A stretch of 64,000 nucleotides of DNA from a bacterium (lineage in GTDB: Bacteria; Patescibacteriota; Minisyncoccia; Phycocordibacterales; UBA9973). Each line of letters starts with the position of its first letter. Positions within the stretch are counted from its first letter, which is position 1. The translations under genes were made by a program, and so were the position numbers. A model generated the notes under the pieces. It was not told the DNA's origin, did not search any database, and saw only the letters and a list, made by a program, of their open reading frames with translations. This document shows positions 1-8,833 of the stretch, piece by piece. The stretch covers positions 25,683-89,682 of the forward strand of contig JBAXTD010000001.1 in assembly GCA_037130335.1 (NCBI GenBank). The letters are read 5' to 3'.

Positions 1-2025
1 GCCGTCATGGACTGGATGGAACAAGAACGCGAACGCGGTATTACAATTACTGCTGCTGCGACAACTTGTTTTTGGACACCGACATATGTTGTTGACAAAG
101 TCGACAAATCTAAAAAAACTCGTTTCAACATTATCGACACTCCTGGACACATCGACTTTACGGTAGAAGTAAAGCGTTCACTTCGCGTGCTCGACGGTGC
201 TGTGGTTGTGTTTGATGGAGTTGCTGGAGTAGAACCTCAATCAGAAACAAACTGGCGCTATGCTGACGAAGCGAGTGTTCCACGTATTTGTTTCATCAAT
301 AAACTCGATCGTACAGGTGCATCATTTGAAAAATCTTTTGCGTCAATTCTCGATCGTTTGAACAAAAACGCAGTTCGTATGCAAATTCCAATCGGTCTCG
401 AAGAAAATCACGATGGAATGATTGATTTGCTTACTATGGAAGCAATCTCATTTTCTGGAGACAAGGGAATCATCGTTACACGAGGACCAATTCCAGAAGA
501 ATACAAAGCTGAAGCAGAAAAATTCCACGCAGAACTTATCGAAAAAATCGTAGAAAACGACGAAGCTCTCATGACTGCATATCTCGATGGAAAAGTTCCA
601 GATATTGCAACTTTGAAAAAAGTTCTCCGTAAAGCTGTTATCGAAAACCTCATCTTCCCAGTATTTTGTGGAAGTGCTTTGAAAAACAGAGGAGTTCAAT
701 TAGTTCTCGATGCTGTCGTGGATTATCTCCCAAGTCCTCTCGATATCAAACCTGTTAGTGGAATAAATCCTGACAACGATGAAATCGTTACTCGTGGTCC
801 ATCAGATTCAGAACCTTTCTCAGCACTCGCTTTCAAAGTTGCATCTGATCCATTCGTAGGACAACTTATTTTCATCCGCGTATATTCAGGAACACTTTCT
901 GCTGGATCATATGTATATAATCCACGTACTCGCAACAAAGAACGCATTGGACGTATTGTGCGTATGCATGCCAACGACCGTGAAGAAGTGAAAAAAGTTT
1001 TTGCTGGAGAAATTGCCGCAGTTGTAGGACTCAAAGATACAATTACATCAGATACTCTTTGTGATGAAGAAAATCCAATCGCACTCGACAAGATTGTTTT
1101 CCCAGAGCCAGTTATCTCAATGCGTATTGAACCAAAGACAAAAGCTGACCAAGAAAAAATGGGTATGGCACTTAGTCGTCTTTCACAAGAAGACCCAACA
1201 TTCCGCGTTACAACTGACCAAGAAACAGGAGAAACAATTATCGGAGGAATGGGAGAACTTCACCTTGAAATCATGGTTGATCGTATGAAGCGAGAATTTA
1301 CTGTTGATGCAAACGTAGGTAAACCACAAGTTGCATACCGCGAAACAATCACTACTCCATCAGAAGCTGAAGGTAAATACATCAAGCAAACTGGAGGTCG
1401 TGGAAACTATGGTCACGTTCGTATCAAAATGTCTCCACTCAAACATTTGACTGCAGAAGAAATTGAAGACCTTCCAAAAAATACTAAACACGAAGATCAC
1501 TTTGAATTTGTTAACACAATTAAAGGAGGTGCAATTCCACTTGAATACATCCCTGCCTGTGAAAAAGGTTTCCGTGAAGGATTGGAAAGAGGGGTTGTTG
1601 CAGGATTTAAACTCGTTGATGTGTCAGTTGAATTGTGGGATGGATCATTCCACGATGTGGACTCAAACGAAATGGCCTTCAAAATTGCTGCTTCAATGGC
1701 TGTACAAGATGCCGCAAAACGCGCAACACCAGTTATCCTCGAACCTATGATGAAAGTTGAAGTTGTAACTCCAGATAAATTCATGGGAGACGTTGCGGGA
1801 TCACTTTCAAGTAAGCGTGGAATTATCGAAGGAATGGAACAACGTGGTCTCAATCAAGCTGTCAAAGCTGTGGTTCCACTTTCTGAAATGTTTGGATACA
1901 TGACATCACTTCGTTCAATGACCGAAGGACGTGCAGGATTTACAATGGAATTCCTACGTTACGACATTGTTCCTCGAAACGTTGCTGACGAAATCGTCAA
2001 AGCTCGTGCAGGTGCTACTGCGTAA
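1..2025 (+). CDS. fusA: Elongation factor G, 5'-truncated at the window edge
   Basis: The 7..2025 ORF stays in frame back to position 1. The translation matches EF-G domains II-V (GGRGNYGHV, C-terminal FTMEF), and the G-domain N-terminus lies upstream of the window. Confidence 0.95.
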   Translation, partial: AVMDWMEQERERGITITAAATTCFWTPTYVVDKVDKSKKTRFNIIDTPGHIDFTVEVKRSLRVLDGAVVVFDGVAGVEPQSETNWRYADEASVPRICFINKLDRTGASFEKSFASILDRLNKNAVRMQIPIGLEENHDGMIDLLTMEAISFSGDKGIIVTRGPIPEEYKAEAEKFHAELIEKIVENDEALMTAYLDGKVPDIATLKKVLRKAVIENLIFPVFCGSALKNRGVQLVLDAVVDYLPSPLDIKPVSGINPDNDEIVTRGPSDSEPFSALAFKVASDPFVGQLIFIRVYSGTLSAGSYVYNPRTRNKERIGRIVRMHANDREEVKKVFAGEIAAVVGLKDTITSDTLCDEENPIALDKIVFPEPVISMRIEPKTKADQEKMGMALSRLSQEDPTFRVTTDQETGETIIGGMGELHLEIMVDRMKREFTVDANVGKPQVAYRETITTPSEAEGKYIKQTGGRGNYGHVRIKMSPLKHLTAEEIEDLPKNTKHEDHFEFVNTIKGGAIPLEYIPACEKGFREGLERGVVAGFKLVDVSVELWDGSFHDVDSNEMAFKIAASMAVQDAAKRATPVILEPMMKVEVVTPDKFMGDVAGSLSSKRGIIEGMEQRGLNQAVKAVVPLSEMFGYMTSLRSMTEGRAGFTMEFLRYDIVPRNVADEIVKARAGATA

Positions 2026-2051
2026 GAGGGAATACTAAAAAAGTCTCAAAA

Positions 2052-2085
2052 GGGCGGCCAAAACTAACGTTTTGGCCGCCCTTGA
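2052..2085 (+). terminator. Intrinsic terminator after fusA
   Basis: A 13-bp stem GGGCGGCCAAAAC/GTTTTGGCCGCCC with loop TAAC, followed by a T-rich tail. Confidence 0.7.
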
Positions 2086-2123
2086 CTTTATATGTTCATA
2101 TGTGATATAATACAAACGAATAT

Positions 2124-2654
2124 TTGAAAACAAAAAACCACGCTTTTATGAAAAAGATTAATTTCTTATTTTTTCCGATTGTAGCCCTTTTTTTGGTTCT
2201 CGGGTTTGGTTGCAACAATAAAACAGCAACTCAAATTGTATTAATGAATGATACTGTATCTGTCGATACTGGGAATTTTGCCAGTATCGTTGATTACGTT
2301 AAATCAGAAGGAGAGGACGCTTCAACATCGTTTCTACTTTCTTATATTCTAAGAAAGGGGGAAATGAAATGTGACACAAATTTTGAAAACATTGAATTTT
2401 CTGGTGAATATATTATCCATGCGGATAAATTCATCAAGAATGACTCTGTGTTTCATGTGACTGTTACTGTTGGTGATTTTGATTCACTGACAAATAACAT
2501 GAAAAAAATGCATTATTCTTACTACATTCAAGATAATAATATTGTTTTAGCTTCCTTTGATTCAACTCAGGGAGAAAAAAAGCATTTTATCTCTGAAATG
2601 GAAAAACACTATGAAACTCTTTTAACTGAGTATGTAAATGAAGACAATAATTAA
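2124..2654 (+). CDS. Hypothetical lipoprotein
   Basis: N-terminal signal peptide with a lipobox-like LGFGC. No recognisable catalytic motif. Confidence 0.6.
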   Translation: MKTKNHAFMKKINFLFFPIVALFLVLGFGCNNKTATQIVLMNDTVSVDTGNFASIVDYVKSEGEDASTSFLLSYILRKGEMKCDTNFENIEFSGEYIIHADKFIKNDSVFHVTVTVGDFDSLTNNMKKMHYSYYIQDNNIVLASFDSTQGEKKHFISEMEKHYETLLTEYVNEDNN

Positions 2655-2686
2655 TTTTTTTTAAAAAAAACGTAAAAACAGGAATT

Positions 2687-2905
2687 ATGAAAAAAACAGT
2701 TTTATCCGTAGTTGTTTTATTGACACTCGGAATTGCTATCACTAGCTGTGGTAGCAACAATGAAAAAAATAATCGTATACCGCCGACCCCTACATTTAGT
2801 GGAAATGCGGATACTGTAAATATCAGTCAGAATACTGATGTAAATGTAAGTAATCACACCGATGGCTTTAATAAAGCCCACGGTGTAATTACAAAAAGCA
2901 AATAA
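2687..2905 (+). CDS. Small hypothetical lipoprotein
   Basis: MKKTVLSVVVLLTLGIAITSC lipoprotein signal (ITSC lipobox); 72 aa. Confidence 0.5.
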   Translation: MKKTVLSVVVLLTLGIAITSCGSNNEKNNRIPPTPTFSGNADTVNISQNTDVNVSNHTDGFNKAHGVITKSK

Positions 2906-2924
2906 TCAGGCCCCTATAAACCCA

Positions 2925-2963
2925 ACAGCTCCCAAATACTATGTATTTGCGGAGCTGTTTTTA
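2925..2963 (+). terminator. Intrinsic terminator
   Basis: Near-perfect hairpin ACAGCTCC-CAAATA...TATTTG-GGAGCTGT followed by TTTTT. Confidence 0.65.
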
Positions 2964-2964
2964 T

Positions 2965-2993
2965 TTGACACGAGTTGTGTACATATATATACT
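2965..2993 (+). promoter_or_regulatory. Sigma70-like promoter TTGACA-17-TATACT driving hicB, probably leaderless
   Basis: TTGACA at 2965-2970 and TATACT at 2988-2993. The hicB ATG sits at 3000, only 6 nt after the -10. Confidence 0.5.
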
Positions 2994-2999
2994 TTTTGT

Positions 3000-3218
3000 A
3001 TGGCAGTCATGAATCTCAAGAATATTATATGGAAAGAGGGAACATACTACGTTGCACAATGTCTCAATGTGGAGGTTTCTTCATTTGGTAAAACCAAAAA
3101 AGAAGCACTTGCGAATCTTTCCGAAGCTATAGAACTATATTTCGAGGATATGAATATTTCTAAGGTTTCAAAAGTTGAACGACCGGAAATTGTTACTGGG
3201 CAATTTCGTTATGTCTAA
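3000..3218 (+). CDS. hicB: HicB-family antitoxin (UPF0150)
   Basis: 72 aa. The ...EGTYYVAQCLNVEVSSFGKTKKEALANLSEAIELYFE pattern is typical of HicB/UPF0150, and it overlaps hicA by 8 bp. Confidence 0.75.
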   Translation: MAVMNLKNIIWKEGTYYVAQCLNVEVSSFGKTKKEALANLSEAIELYFEDMNISKVSKVERPEIVTGQFRYV

Positions 3219-3423
3219 ATTTTTTTCTTCAAAACATATACTGACCGTTCTCGAGAGAAACGGTTTTTATTTTGTCTCGCAAAAGGGAAGTCATGTTAAA
3301 TACCGTAAAAATGGAAATCTAATATTTACAGTTATTATTCCTGCAGATCGAAAAGAAATTCCACATGGAACATTCCGTTCAATTTTGCGTCAATCAGGGC
3401 TTTCAGAAAAAGATTTTAAATAA
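3211..3423 (+). CDS. hicA: HicA-family mRNA interferase toxin (YcfA-like)
   Basis: LERNGFYFVSQKGSHVKYRK...GTFRSILRQSGLSEKDF matches the HicA consensus. I chose the internal ATG at 3211, which overlaps the hicB stop (ATGTCTAA). Confidence 0.75.
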   Translation: MSKFFSSKHILTVLERNGFYFVSQKGSHVKYRKNGNLIFTVIIPADRKEIPHGTFRSILRQSGLSEKDFK

Positions 3424-3466
3424 TTGTGTTTTTTATAGTTCTGTTGCGAAATCTATCAATTTATAA

Positions 3467-3494
3467 TTGACTTTGTGATGCAATATGCTATATT
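3467..3494 (+). promoter_or_regulatory. Candidate promoter TTGACT-16-TATATT in the hicA-tuf spacer
   Basis: TTGACT at 3467-3472 and TATATT at 3489-3494. It precedes a 30-codon ORF at 3546..3638 that has a GGAGAG Shine-Dalgarno. Confidence 0.3.
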
Positions 3495-3634
3495 TAAACC
3501 GATAGCTCTCCCAGGCTATTTTTTCGTGCCTGCTGGAGAGAAATCATGATTAGTGGCCGTGGCAGAGGAGCTGTTTTGTATCCTTTGCTAGAGTCATTAA
3601 TCACATTAATAAAAGTGCATAATTTTAATATAAG

Positions 3635-3663
3635 TTGATGTTTTGATATATCAAAACTATATA
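3635..3663 (+). promoter_or_regulatory. Candidate tuf promoter TTGATG-17-TATATA with an embedded 16-bp palindrome
   Basis: TTGATG at 3635-3640 and TATATA at 3658-3663. The spacer is the perfect palindrome TTTTGATATATCAAAA (3641-3656). Confidence 0.4.
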
Positions 3664-3674
3664 CTAAAAAATAT

Positions 3675-4877
3675 ATGGCAACAGAAGAATTTAAAAGAGA
3701 CAAGCCTCACGTTAACGTAGGTACTATCGGTCACGTTGACCACGGTAAAACTACTCTTACTGCAGCGATCCTTACTATCCTTGGTCGTCAAGGAAATGGA
3801 TACAGTGCAAAATTGAAGGGTGTTGGAGATATCGATAATGCTCCTGAAGAAAAAGCTCGTGGAATCACGATCGCTCTCTCTCACAACGAGTACGAAACTC
3901 CTACTCGTCACTATGCTCACATTGATGCTCCAGGACACGCTGACTACATCAAAAACATGATCACAGGTGCTGCGCAAATGGACGGTGCTATTATCGTTGT
4001 TGCTGCAACTGACGGTGTTATGCCACAAACACGTGAACACATCCTTCTTGCAAAACAAGTTGGTGTGCCAAAAATCATCGTATTCCTCAACAAGTGTGAC
4101 ATGGTTGATGATCCAGATCTTATTGAAATGGTTGAAGAAGAAGTTCGCGACCTCCTTACAAAACAAGGTTTTGATGGAGCAGGATGTCCAGTTATCCGCG
4201 GTTCAGGTCTCAAAGCTCTCGAATCAGCAGACAACAATGACGAATGGGCAAAGAAAGTTCTCGATCTTGCAAATGCACTTGATACATACATTCCAGTTCC
4301 AGAACGTGACCTTGCAAAACCATTCCTTATGCCAGTAGAAGATATCTTCTCTATCGAAGGACGTGGAACTGTTGTTACAGGACGTATCGAACGTGGAGTT
4401 GTTAAAGTTGGTGAAGAAGTTGAAATTGTTGGTATCAAAGATACATCAAAGACAACTGTTACTGGTATCGAAATGTTCAACAAGTCTCTCAAAGAAGGTA
4501 TGGCTGGAGACAACGCAGGACTTCTCCTCCGTGGTGTATCAAAAGATTCAATCACTCGTGGACAAGTTCTTTCAAAAGTTGGTTCAGTTACTCCTCACGC
4601 AGAATTCGAATGTGAAATCTACGTTTTGAAGAAAGAAGAAGGTGGACGTCACACTCCATTCTTTGCTGGATACAAGCCACAATTCTACATCCGTACTACA
4701 GACGTTACAGGTGATGTAACTTTGCCAGAAGGAAAAGAAATGGTTATGCCAGGAGATACAGTTTCACTTAAGGTTAAACTTGTTACACCAGTCGCCCTCG
4801 AAGCTCAACAACGCTTTGCTATCCGTGAAGGAGGAAAGACTGTTGGTGCCGGAGTTGTTACTAAAATCATTGCGTAA
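3675..4877 (+). CDS. tuf: Elongation factor Tu
   Basis: [14 protein letters not shown]-loop, DAPGHADY motif, and full-length EF-Tu similarity. Confidence 0.97.
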   Translation: MATEEFKRDKPHVNVGTIGHVDHGKTTLTAAILTILGRQGNGYSAKLKGVGDIDNAPEEKARGITIALSHNEYETPTRHYAHIDAPGHADYIKNMITGAAQMDGAIIVVAATDGVMPQTREHILLAKQVGVPKIIVFLNKCDMVDDPDLIEMVEEEVRDLLTKQGFDGAGCPVIRGSGLKALESADNNDEWAKKVLDLANALDTYIPVPERDLAKPFLMPVEDIFSIEGRGTVVTGRIERGVVKVGEEVEIVGIKDTSKTTVTGIEMFNKSLKEGMAGDNAGLLLRGVSKDSITRGQVLSKVGSVTPHAEFECEIYVLKKEEGGRHTPFFAGYKPQFYIRTTDVTGDVTLPEGKEMVMPGDTVSLKVKLVTPVALEAQQRFAIREGGKTVGAGVVTKIIA

Positions 4878-4908
4878 GCAGTGTTGGTGAAATAAAAAGA
4901 GAAAACGT

Positions 4909-4944
4909 GTTGCGAATTTTTTCCTTTCGGAAAAAATTCGCAAC
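4909..4944 (+). terminator. 15-bp hairpin between tuf and rpsJ, with no U-tract
   Basis: GTTGCGAATTTTTTC/GAAAAAATTCGCAAC. The 3' tail is not T-rich, so this may be an attenuator or processing site rather than a full terminator. Confidence 0.4.
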
Positions 4945-4961
4945 GCCAATCTCAAAATTAT

Positions 4962-5336
4962 ATGACAGAAGAAATAAAAACAAAAAAACCTCGAGTTTCA
5001 AAAGCGAAAGCAACTGCTGAGAAAACAGGGGAGGTGCGTCTGCGAATTCGCGTTCGAGCATACGAGAACAAAATTCTCGATAACTCGGTAAAGCAAATCA
5101 TGGACACAGCACTTCGCCATGATGCTATCATTGCAGGACCTACTCCGCTTCCAACAGAAATCAAAAAATACACAGTCAATCGTTCTCCGTTTATTTACAA
5201 AAATACTCGAGAACAATTTGAAATTCGTGTTCACAAACGCGTGATTGATATCCTAAACCCAGGTGCAAAAACAATCGAAGCTCTTACGAATCTTTCTCTC
5301 CCTTCAGGCGTAGAAATCGACGTTAAGATGATGTAA
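4962..5336 (+). CDS. rpsJ: 30S ribosomal protein S10 with an N-terminal extension
   Basis: RLRIRVRAYENKILD...PTPLPTEIKKYTVNRSPFIYKNTREQFEIRVHKR. Confidence 0.95.
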   Translation: MTEEIKTKKPRVSKAKATAEKTGEVRLRIRVRAYENKILDNSVKQIMDTALRHDAIIAGPTPLPTEIKKYTVNRSPFIYKNTREQFEIRVHKRVIDILNPGAKTIEALTNLSLPSGVEIDVKMM

Positions 5337-5402
5337 AGAAAAGCAGTTCAGAAAGATTATTAGTTCATGAACGTTTCATTTAGAAACGGTCCACTGAAAA
5401 TT

Positions 5403-6023
5403 ATGAAATACATATTAGGTACAAAACAAAACATGACCCAATATTTTGCCGAAGACGGCAAAATGTATGCGGCAACCATCGTTTCTGCAGGACCAGTTGT
5501 GGTAACACAAATCAAAACTGCTGACAAAGATGGATACAGTGCAGTGCAAGTAGGATACGGAACACGTAAAGAAAAAAACATCACAAAAGCCCTCAAGGGA
5601 CATTTTGCAGGTAAGGGAAACTTTACTACAACTCGAGAATTTCGAATTGATGATGCAGGACTTATTACATCAACTGTAGGTGATTCAATTACCGCAACTG
5701 ATTTTGCTCCTGGAGAAATCGTTACTGTTTCTGGTATCTCAAAAGCAAAAGGTTTTCAAGGTGTTATCAAACGTCACAACTTTAAAGGAGGTCCACGTAG
5801 TCACGGTCAGAAACACTCTGAACGTGCACCAGGATCAATCGGAGGAGGTCTTCGTAATCGCGTTCCAAAAGGAATGAGAATGGGAGGACGTACAGGTGGC
5901 GAAAGAATCACAGTTTCTAATTTAAAAATCCTTGCCATTGATGGAGTTTCAAACACTCTTCTTGTTGAAGGCGCAGTACCAGGTCGTCGCGGTACCATAC
6001 TTGAGATTGTTTCAAAGAAGTAA
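5403..6023 (+). CDS. rplC: 50S ribosomal protein L3
   Basis: MKYILGTKQNMTQYF matches the L3 N-terminus. The ORF could alternatively start at 5367. Confidence 0.95.
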   Translation: MKYILGTKQNMTQYFAEDGKMYAATIVSAGPVVVTQIKTADKDGYSAVQVGYGTRKEKNITKALKGHFAGKGNFTTTREFRIDDAGLITSTVGDSITATDFAPGEIVTVSGISKAKGFQGVIKRHNFKGGPRSHGQKHSERAPGSIGGGLRNRVPKGMRMGGRTGGERITVSNLKILAIDGVSNTLLVEGAVPGRRGTILEIVSKK

Positions 6024-6026
6024 TAT

Positions 6027-6719
6027 ATGGCGATAAATAATTTAGACTGCAATATTTATAATTCAAAAGGAAAAAAAGAAGGTTCATTAAAACTTCCAGA
6101 AACTGTTTTCGGTCTCAAATGGAACGGTGATTTGGTTCACCAAGTTATGCATGCAATCCTCGCAAACACTCGCGCAGGAACAGCAGATACTAAAGGACGT
6201 GCTGAAGTACAAGGAGGAGGACGCAAACCATATAAACAAAAGGGAACAGGTCAGGCTCGTCAAGGTTCATCTCGCTCTCCAATTTGGAAAGGTGGAGGTG
6301 TAACACACGGACCACTTGCAGAAAAGAACTACAAACAAAAAGTTAACAAAAAAATGGCATCAAAATCTCTTGCAACAGTATTGTCTGCAAAACTTCGCGA
6401 TGGACAAATTCTTTTTGTTGATAGTTTGTCTCTCGGTAAAGAACCAAAGACAAGTGATGCAGCGCAGGTGGTTCAAGCATTTGCAAAAATCGAAGGATTC
6501 GAAAAGCTTGCAAACGCTCGCAAGCCAAAGGCAATGATTGTAATTCCAAGTGTCGACAAAGTTGTCACACAAAGTTTCCGCAACATTCCACAAACATCAC
6601 TTTCTCTTGCAAAAGATCTCAACACGCTTGATGTTTTGAATCATCAATATTTGATTGTGGTTTCTCCAGCTCCAAGTATCGAAGTATTAGAAAAGCGTTG
6701 CGTAGTCTCAAAGAAGTAA
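6027..6719 (+). CDS. rplD: 50S ribosomal protein L4
   Basis: RKPYKQKGTGQARQGS L4 signature. Confidence 0.95.
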   Translation: MAINNLDCNIYNSKGKKEGSLKLPETVFGLKWNGDLVHQVMHAILANTRAGTADTKGRAEVQGGGRKPYKQKGTGQARQGSSRSPIWKGGGVTHGPLAEKNYKQKVNKKMASKSLATVLSAKLRDGQILFVDSLSLGKEPKTSDAAQVVQAFAKIEGFEKLANARKPKAMIVIPSVDKVVTQSFRNIPQTSLSLAKDLNTLDVLNHQYLIVVSPAPSIEVLEKRCVVSKK

Positions 6720-6722
6720 TAT

Positions 6723-7001
6723 ATGAATACATCAATCATAAAAAATCCACGTATTACAGAAAAAGCAACAATGCTTATCGAAGACGCATGCTACACATTT
6801 GATGTGAAAAAAGGCGCGACAAAAAACGAAATCATCAAAGCAATCAAAGAATTATACAAAGTTACTCCTCGTGCAGTTCGCACAGTGGCTGTTACTTCAA
6901 AAAAAGTAACTTCTCGCAAGAGTAACAAAATTGGACATACAAGTGCCGGTCGAAAGGCATATGTCTATTTAAAGAAGGGCGATAAGATTGAAGTCCTCTA
7001 G
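6723..7001 (+). CDS. rplW: 50S ribosomal protein L23
   Basis: IKNPRITEKAT...VKKGATKNEIIKAIKELY. Confidence 0.93.
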   Translation: MNTSIIKNPRITEKATMLIEDACYTFDVKKGATKNEIIKAIKELYKVTPRAVRTVAVTSKKVTSRKSNKIGHTSAGRKAYVYLKKGDKIEVL

Positions 7002-7031
7002 TTTTTTTGAACTAGAAAATCTATTACGTAT

Positions 7032-7877
7032 ATGAAAAAATATTCACCAACATCACCATCACGTCGCAACATGACTACGATTCAATATCGTGGAGTTGTG
7101 ACTCATACCGAACCTCATAAAGCACTCACATCAGGCGGAAAGCGCGATGTAGGACGCAACAATTTGGGTCGTGTTACTGTTCGTCATAAAGGAGGCGGAA
7201 ACAAACGTTTGTATCGTGAAGTAGATTTCACATATGACAAAAAAAATATTCCAGCAAAAATTACTTCTGTTGAATATGATCCAAACCGCAGTTCTTTTAT
7301 TTCACTTGCAGTGTATGCCGATGGTGAAAAAAGATATGTGCTTACACCGAAATCTGTTCGTCCAGGTGCAACATTTACTGTTTCAGCTGAAGCATCACTT
7401 GTAACACCAAACCGTTTGCCACTTTCAAAGATTCCCGTTGGTACATTTGTATTCAACGTTGAACTTAAACCAAACGGTGGGGCAAAGCTTGTTCGTTCAG
7501 CAGGAAACTTCGCACAAGTTGTGGCGAATGACTCTGGATATACACTTATCAAACTTCCTTCATCAGAAGTTCGAAAAGTTTCAGAAAATTGCTGGGCAAC
7601 AATCGGAGAAGTTTCAAAAGAAGAACATCACCTTGTAAACTTTGGAAAGGCTGGAAAGAGCCGCTGGATGGGTATTCGCCCAACAGTGCGTGGTACTGCC
7701 ATGAACCCAGTTGACCACCCATACGGTGGAGGTGAAGGCCGTCAGGGACGTGGTACAAAGCGACCAAAGACAATGTGGGGTAAAGTTACTGGAGGACGCA
7801 AAACTCGTACTCCAAAGAAGTATTCAAACCATCTCATCGTCTCTCGCCGTATCGTCGGAAAGAAACGAAAAGGATAA
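7032..7877 (+). CDS. rplB: 50S ribosomal protein L2
   Basis: RNMTTIQYRG...GGGEGRQGRGTKRPKTMWG L2 signature. Confidence 0.97.
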   Translation: MKKYSPTSPSRRNMTTIQYRGVVTHTEPHKALTSGGKRDVGRNNLGRVTVRHKGGGNKRLYREVDFTYDKKNIPAKITSVEYDPNRSSFISLAVYADGEKRYVLTPKSVRPGATFTVSAEASLVTPNRLPLSKIPVGTFVFNVELKPNGGAKLVRSAGNFAQVVANDSGYTLIKLPSSEVRKVSENCWATIGEVSKEEHHLVNFGKAGKSRWMGIRPTVRGTAMNPVDHPYGGGEGRQGRGTKRPKTMWGKVTGGRKTRTPKKYSNHLIVSRRIVGKKRKG

Positions 7878-7897
7878 TTGTTATACAAAATACAAAA

Positions 7898-7930
7898 GCC
7901 TCGCGACCTATCGGTCGCGAGGCTTTTGTA
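7898..7930 (+). terminator. Strong intrinsic terminator directly after rplB
   Basis: GCCTCGCGACC-TATC-GGTCGCGAGGC followed by TTTTGTATTT. Confidence 0.8.
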
Positions 7931-7985
7931 TTTGACAAAAAATTTCTTTTGATGTAATTTGAATTCGAACCATTAAAATTTATAT

Positions 7986-8321
7986 ATGTTACAAAAAGCG
8001 ATGCCAAATGCAGGTTTTGCTCAGTACCTCAGAGAAGGTACTGAGTGGAGTTTTTCCACAAAAAAAGTAAATTTTCAAGAAATATTTTGGTGGAAAAAAG
8101 ATGAACTCATTGTTAACAAAGATTGCTTTTCAAAAAACAATCTCACTAGAATCGCCGAGACGATCACAGATCGTTGCGGGCATTATATTTCTGAAGAAGA
8201 AATAAAAAAACCTGTAGATACTTTATTTTCTATAAACCCAACAATCAGTAGTGTGAAAATATTTTTACTTTTTCCGCGAAATAATTATGGCAGTTTTGCC
8301 ATTGAATTATTTGGAAACTAA
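7986..8321 (+). CDS. Hypothetical protein
   Basis: 111-aa ORF with no recognisable motif. It is the first gene of an accessory block inserted in the S10 operon. Confidence 0.45.
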   Translation: MLQKAMPNAGFAQYLREGTEWSFSTKKVNFQEIFWWKKDELIVNKDCFSKNNLTRIAETITDRCGHYISEEEIKKPVDTLFSINPTISSVKIFLLFPRNNYGSFAIELFGN

Positions 8322-8340
8322 ATTTCGTTTTAAATTACAT

Positions 8341-8378
8341 ACCCCCTTAAGTCTTTTGACTTAAGGGGGTTTTATTTT
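8341..8378 (+). terminator. Intrinsic terminator
   Basis: ACCCCCTTAAGTC-TTTT-GACTTAAGGGGGT followed by TTTATTTTT. Confidence 0.7.
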
Positions 8379-8380
8379 TG

Positions 8381-8389
8381 TGATATACT
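8381..8389 (+). promoter_or_regulatory. Extended -10 TGaTATACT, giving a leaderless start at 8398
   Basis: TG at 8381-8382 and TATACT at 8384-8389. The ATG is 8 nt downstream. Confidence 0.4.
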
Positions 8390-8397
8390 TTTTGCAT

Positions 8398-8790
8398 ATG
8401 GAAACGAAGGAAAAAAAAGCATTTAGTCTCATTGCTCGAATTGGCAGTTTTAGACATGCATTTCGGGGGATATATGTGTTTGTAAAAAATACACACAATG
8501 CGTGGGTGGAAATTTTTTTTAATATTATTTTTATTCTTCTTGGTTTTTATTTTTCAATTACAAAAGGGGAATGGCTTGCGCTTATTATCGCAATTTTTGT
8601 TCTCATCATGGCTGAAGCATTCAATACGGCTATGGAAGTCCATATGGACCTCACAAGTCCAGGACAGCATCCATACGCACGTGATACCAAAGATATTGCT
8701 GCTGGAGCAGTGCTCATTTCAGTATTTCTTGTAATCATTACTGTGCTTATAATCTTTGCACCATACGTTGGTTCATTTTTGGCAAAATAA
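8398..8790 (+). CDS. dgkA: Diacylglycerol kinase (DgkA) family membrane protein
   Basis: AEAFNTAMEVHMD...ARDTKDIAAGAVLISVFLVI aligns with the DgkA ILNSAIEAVVDR...AKDMGSAAVL region. Three TM segments. A GTG at 8380 is an alternative start. Confidence 0.7.
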   Translation: METKEKKAFSLIARIGSFRHAFRGIYVFVKNTHNAWVEIFFNIIFILLGFYFSITKGEWLALIIAIFVLIMAEAFNTAMEVHMDLTSPGQHPYARDTKDIAAGAVLISVFLVIITVLIIFAPYVGSFLAK

Positions 8791-8791
8791 A

Positions 8792-8813
8792 AACCCGCAA
8801 CTGGTGCGGGTTT
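8792..8813. terminator. Bidirectional hairpin terminator between convergent genes
   Basis: AACCCGCA-ACTGG-TGCGGGTT with flanking A and T runs. Confidence 0.6.
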
Positions 8814-8833
8814 GGAGTATCAATAAAAATTTT

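Noticed and set aside
3944-4555. Long antisense or overlapping ORFs inside core genes (203 aa minus strand within tuf, 12676..13140 minus, 14117..14656 minus, 20312..20845 minus, 32257..32607 minus, 37132..38013 plus, and others)
   Set aside because: They lie entirely within well-supported conserved genes on the opposite strand or in another frame. They have low-complexity, Ser/Arg/Cys-rich composition typical of spurious ORFs and lack start context.
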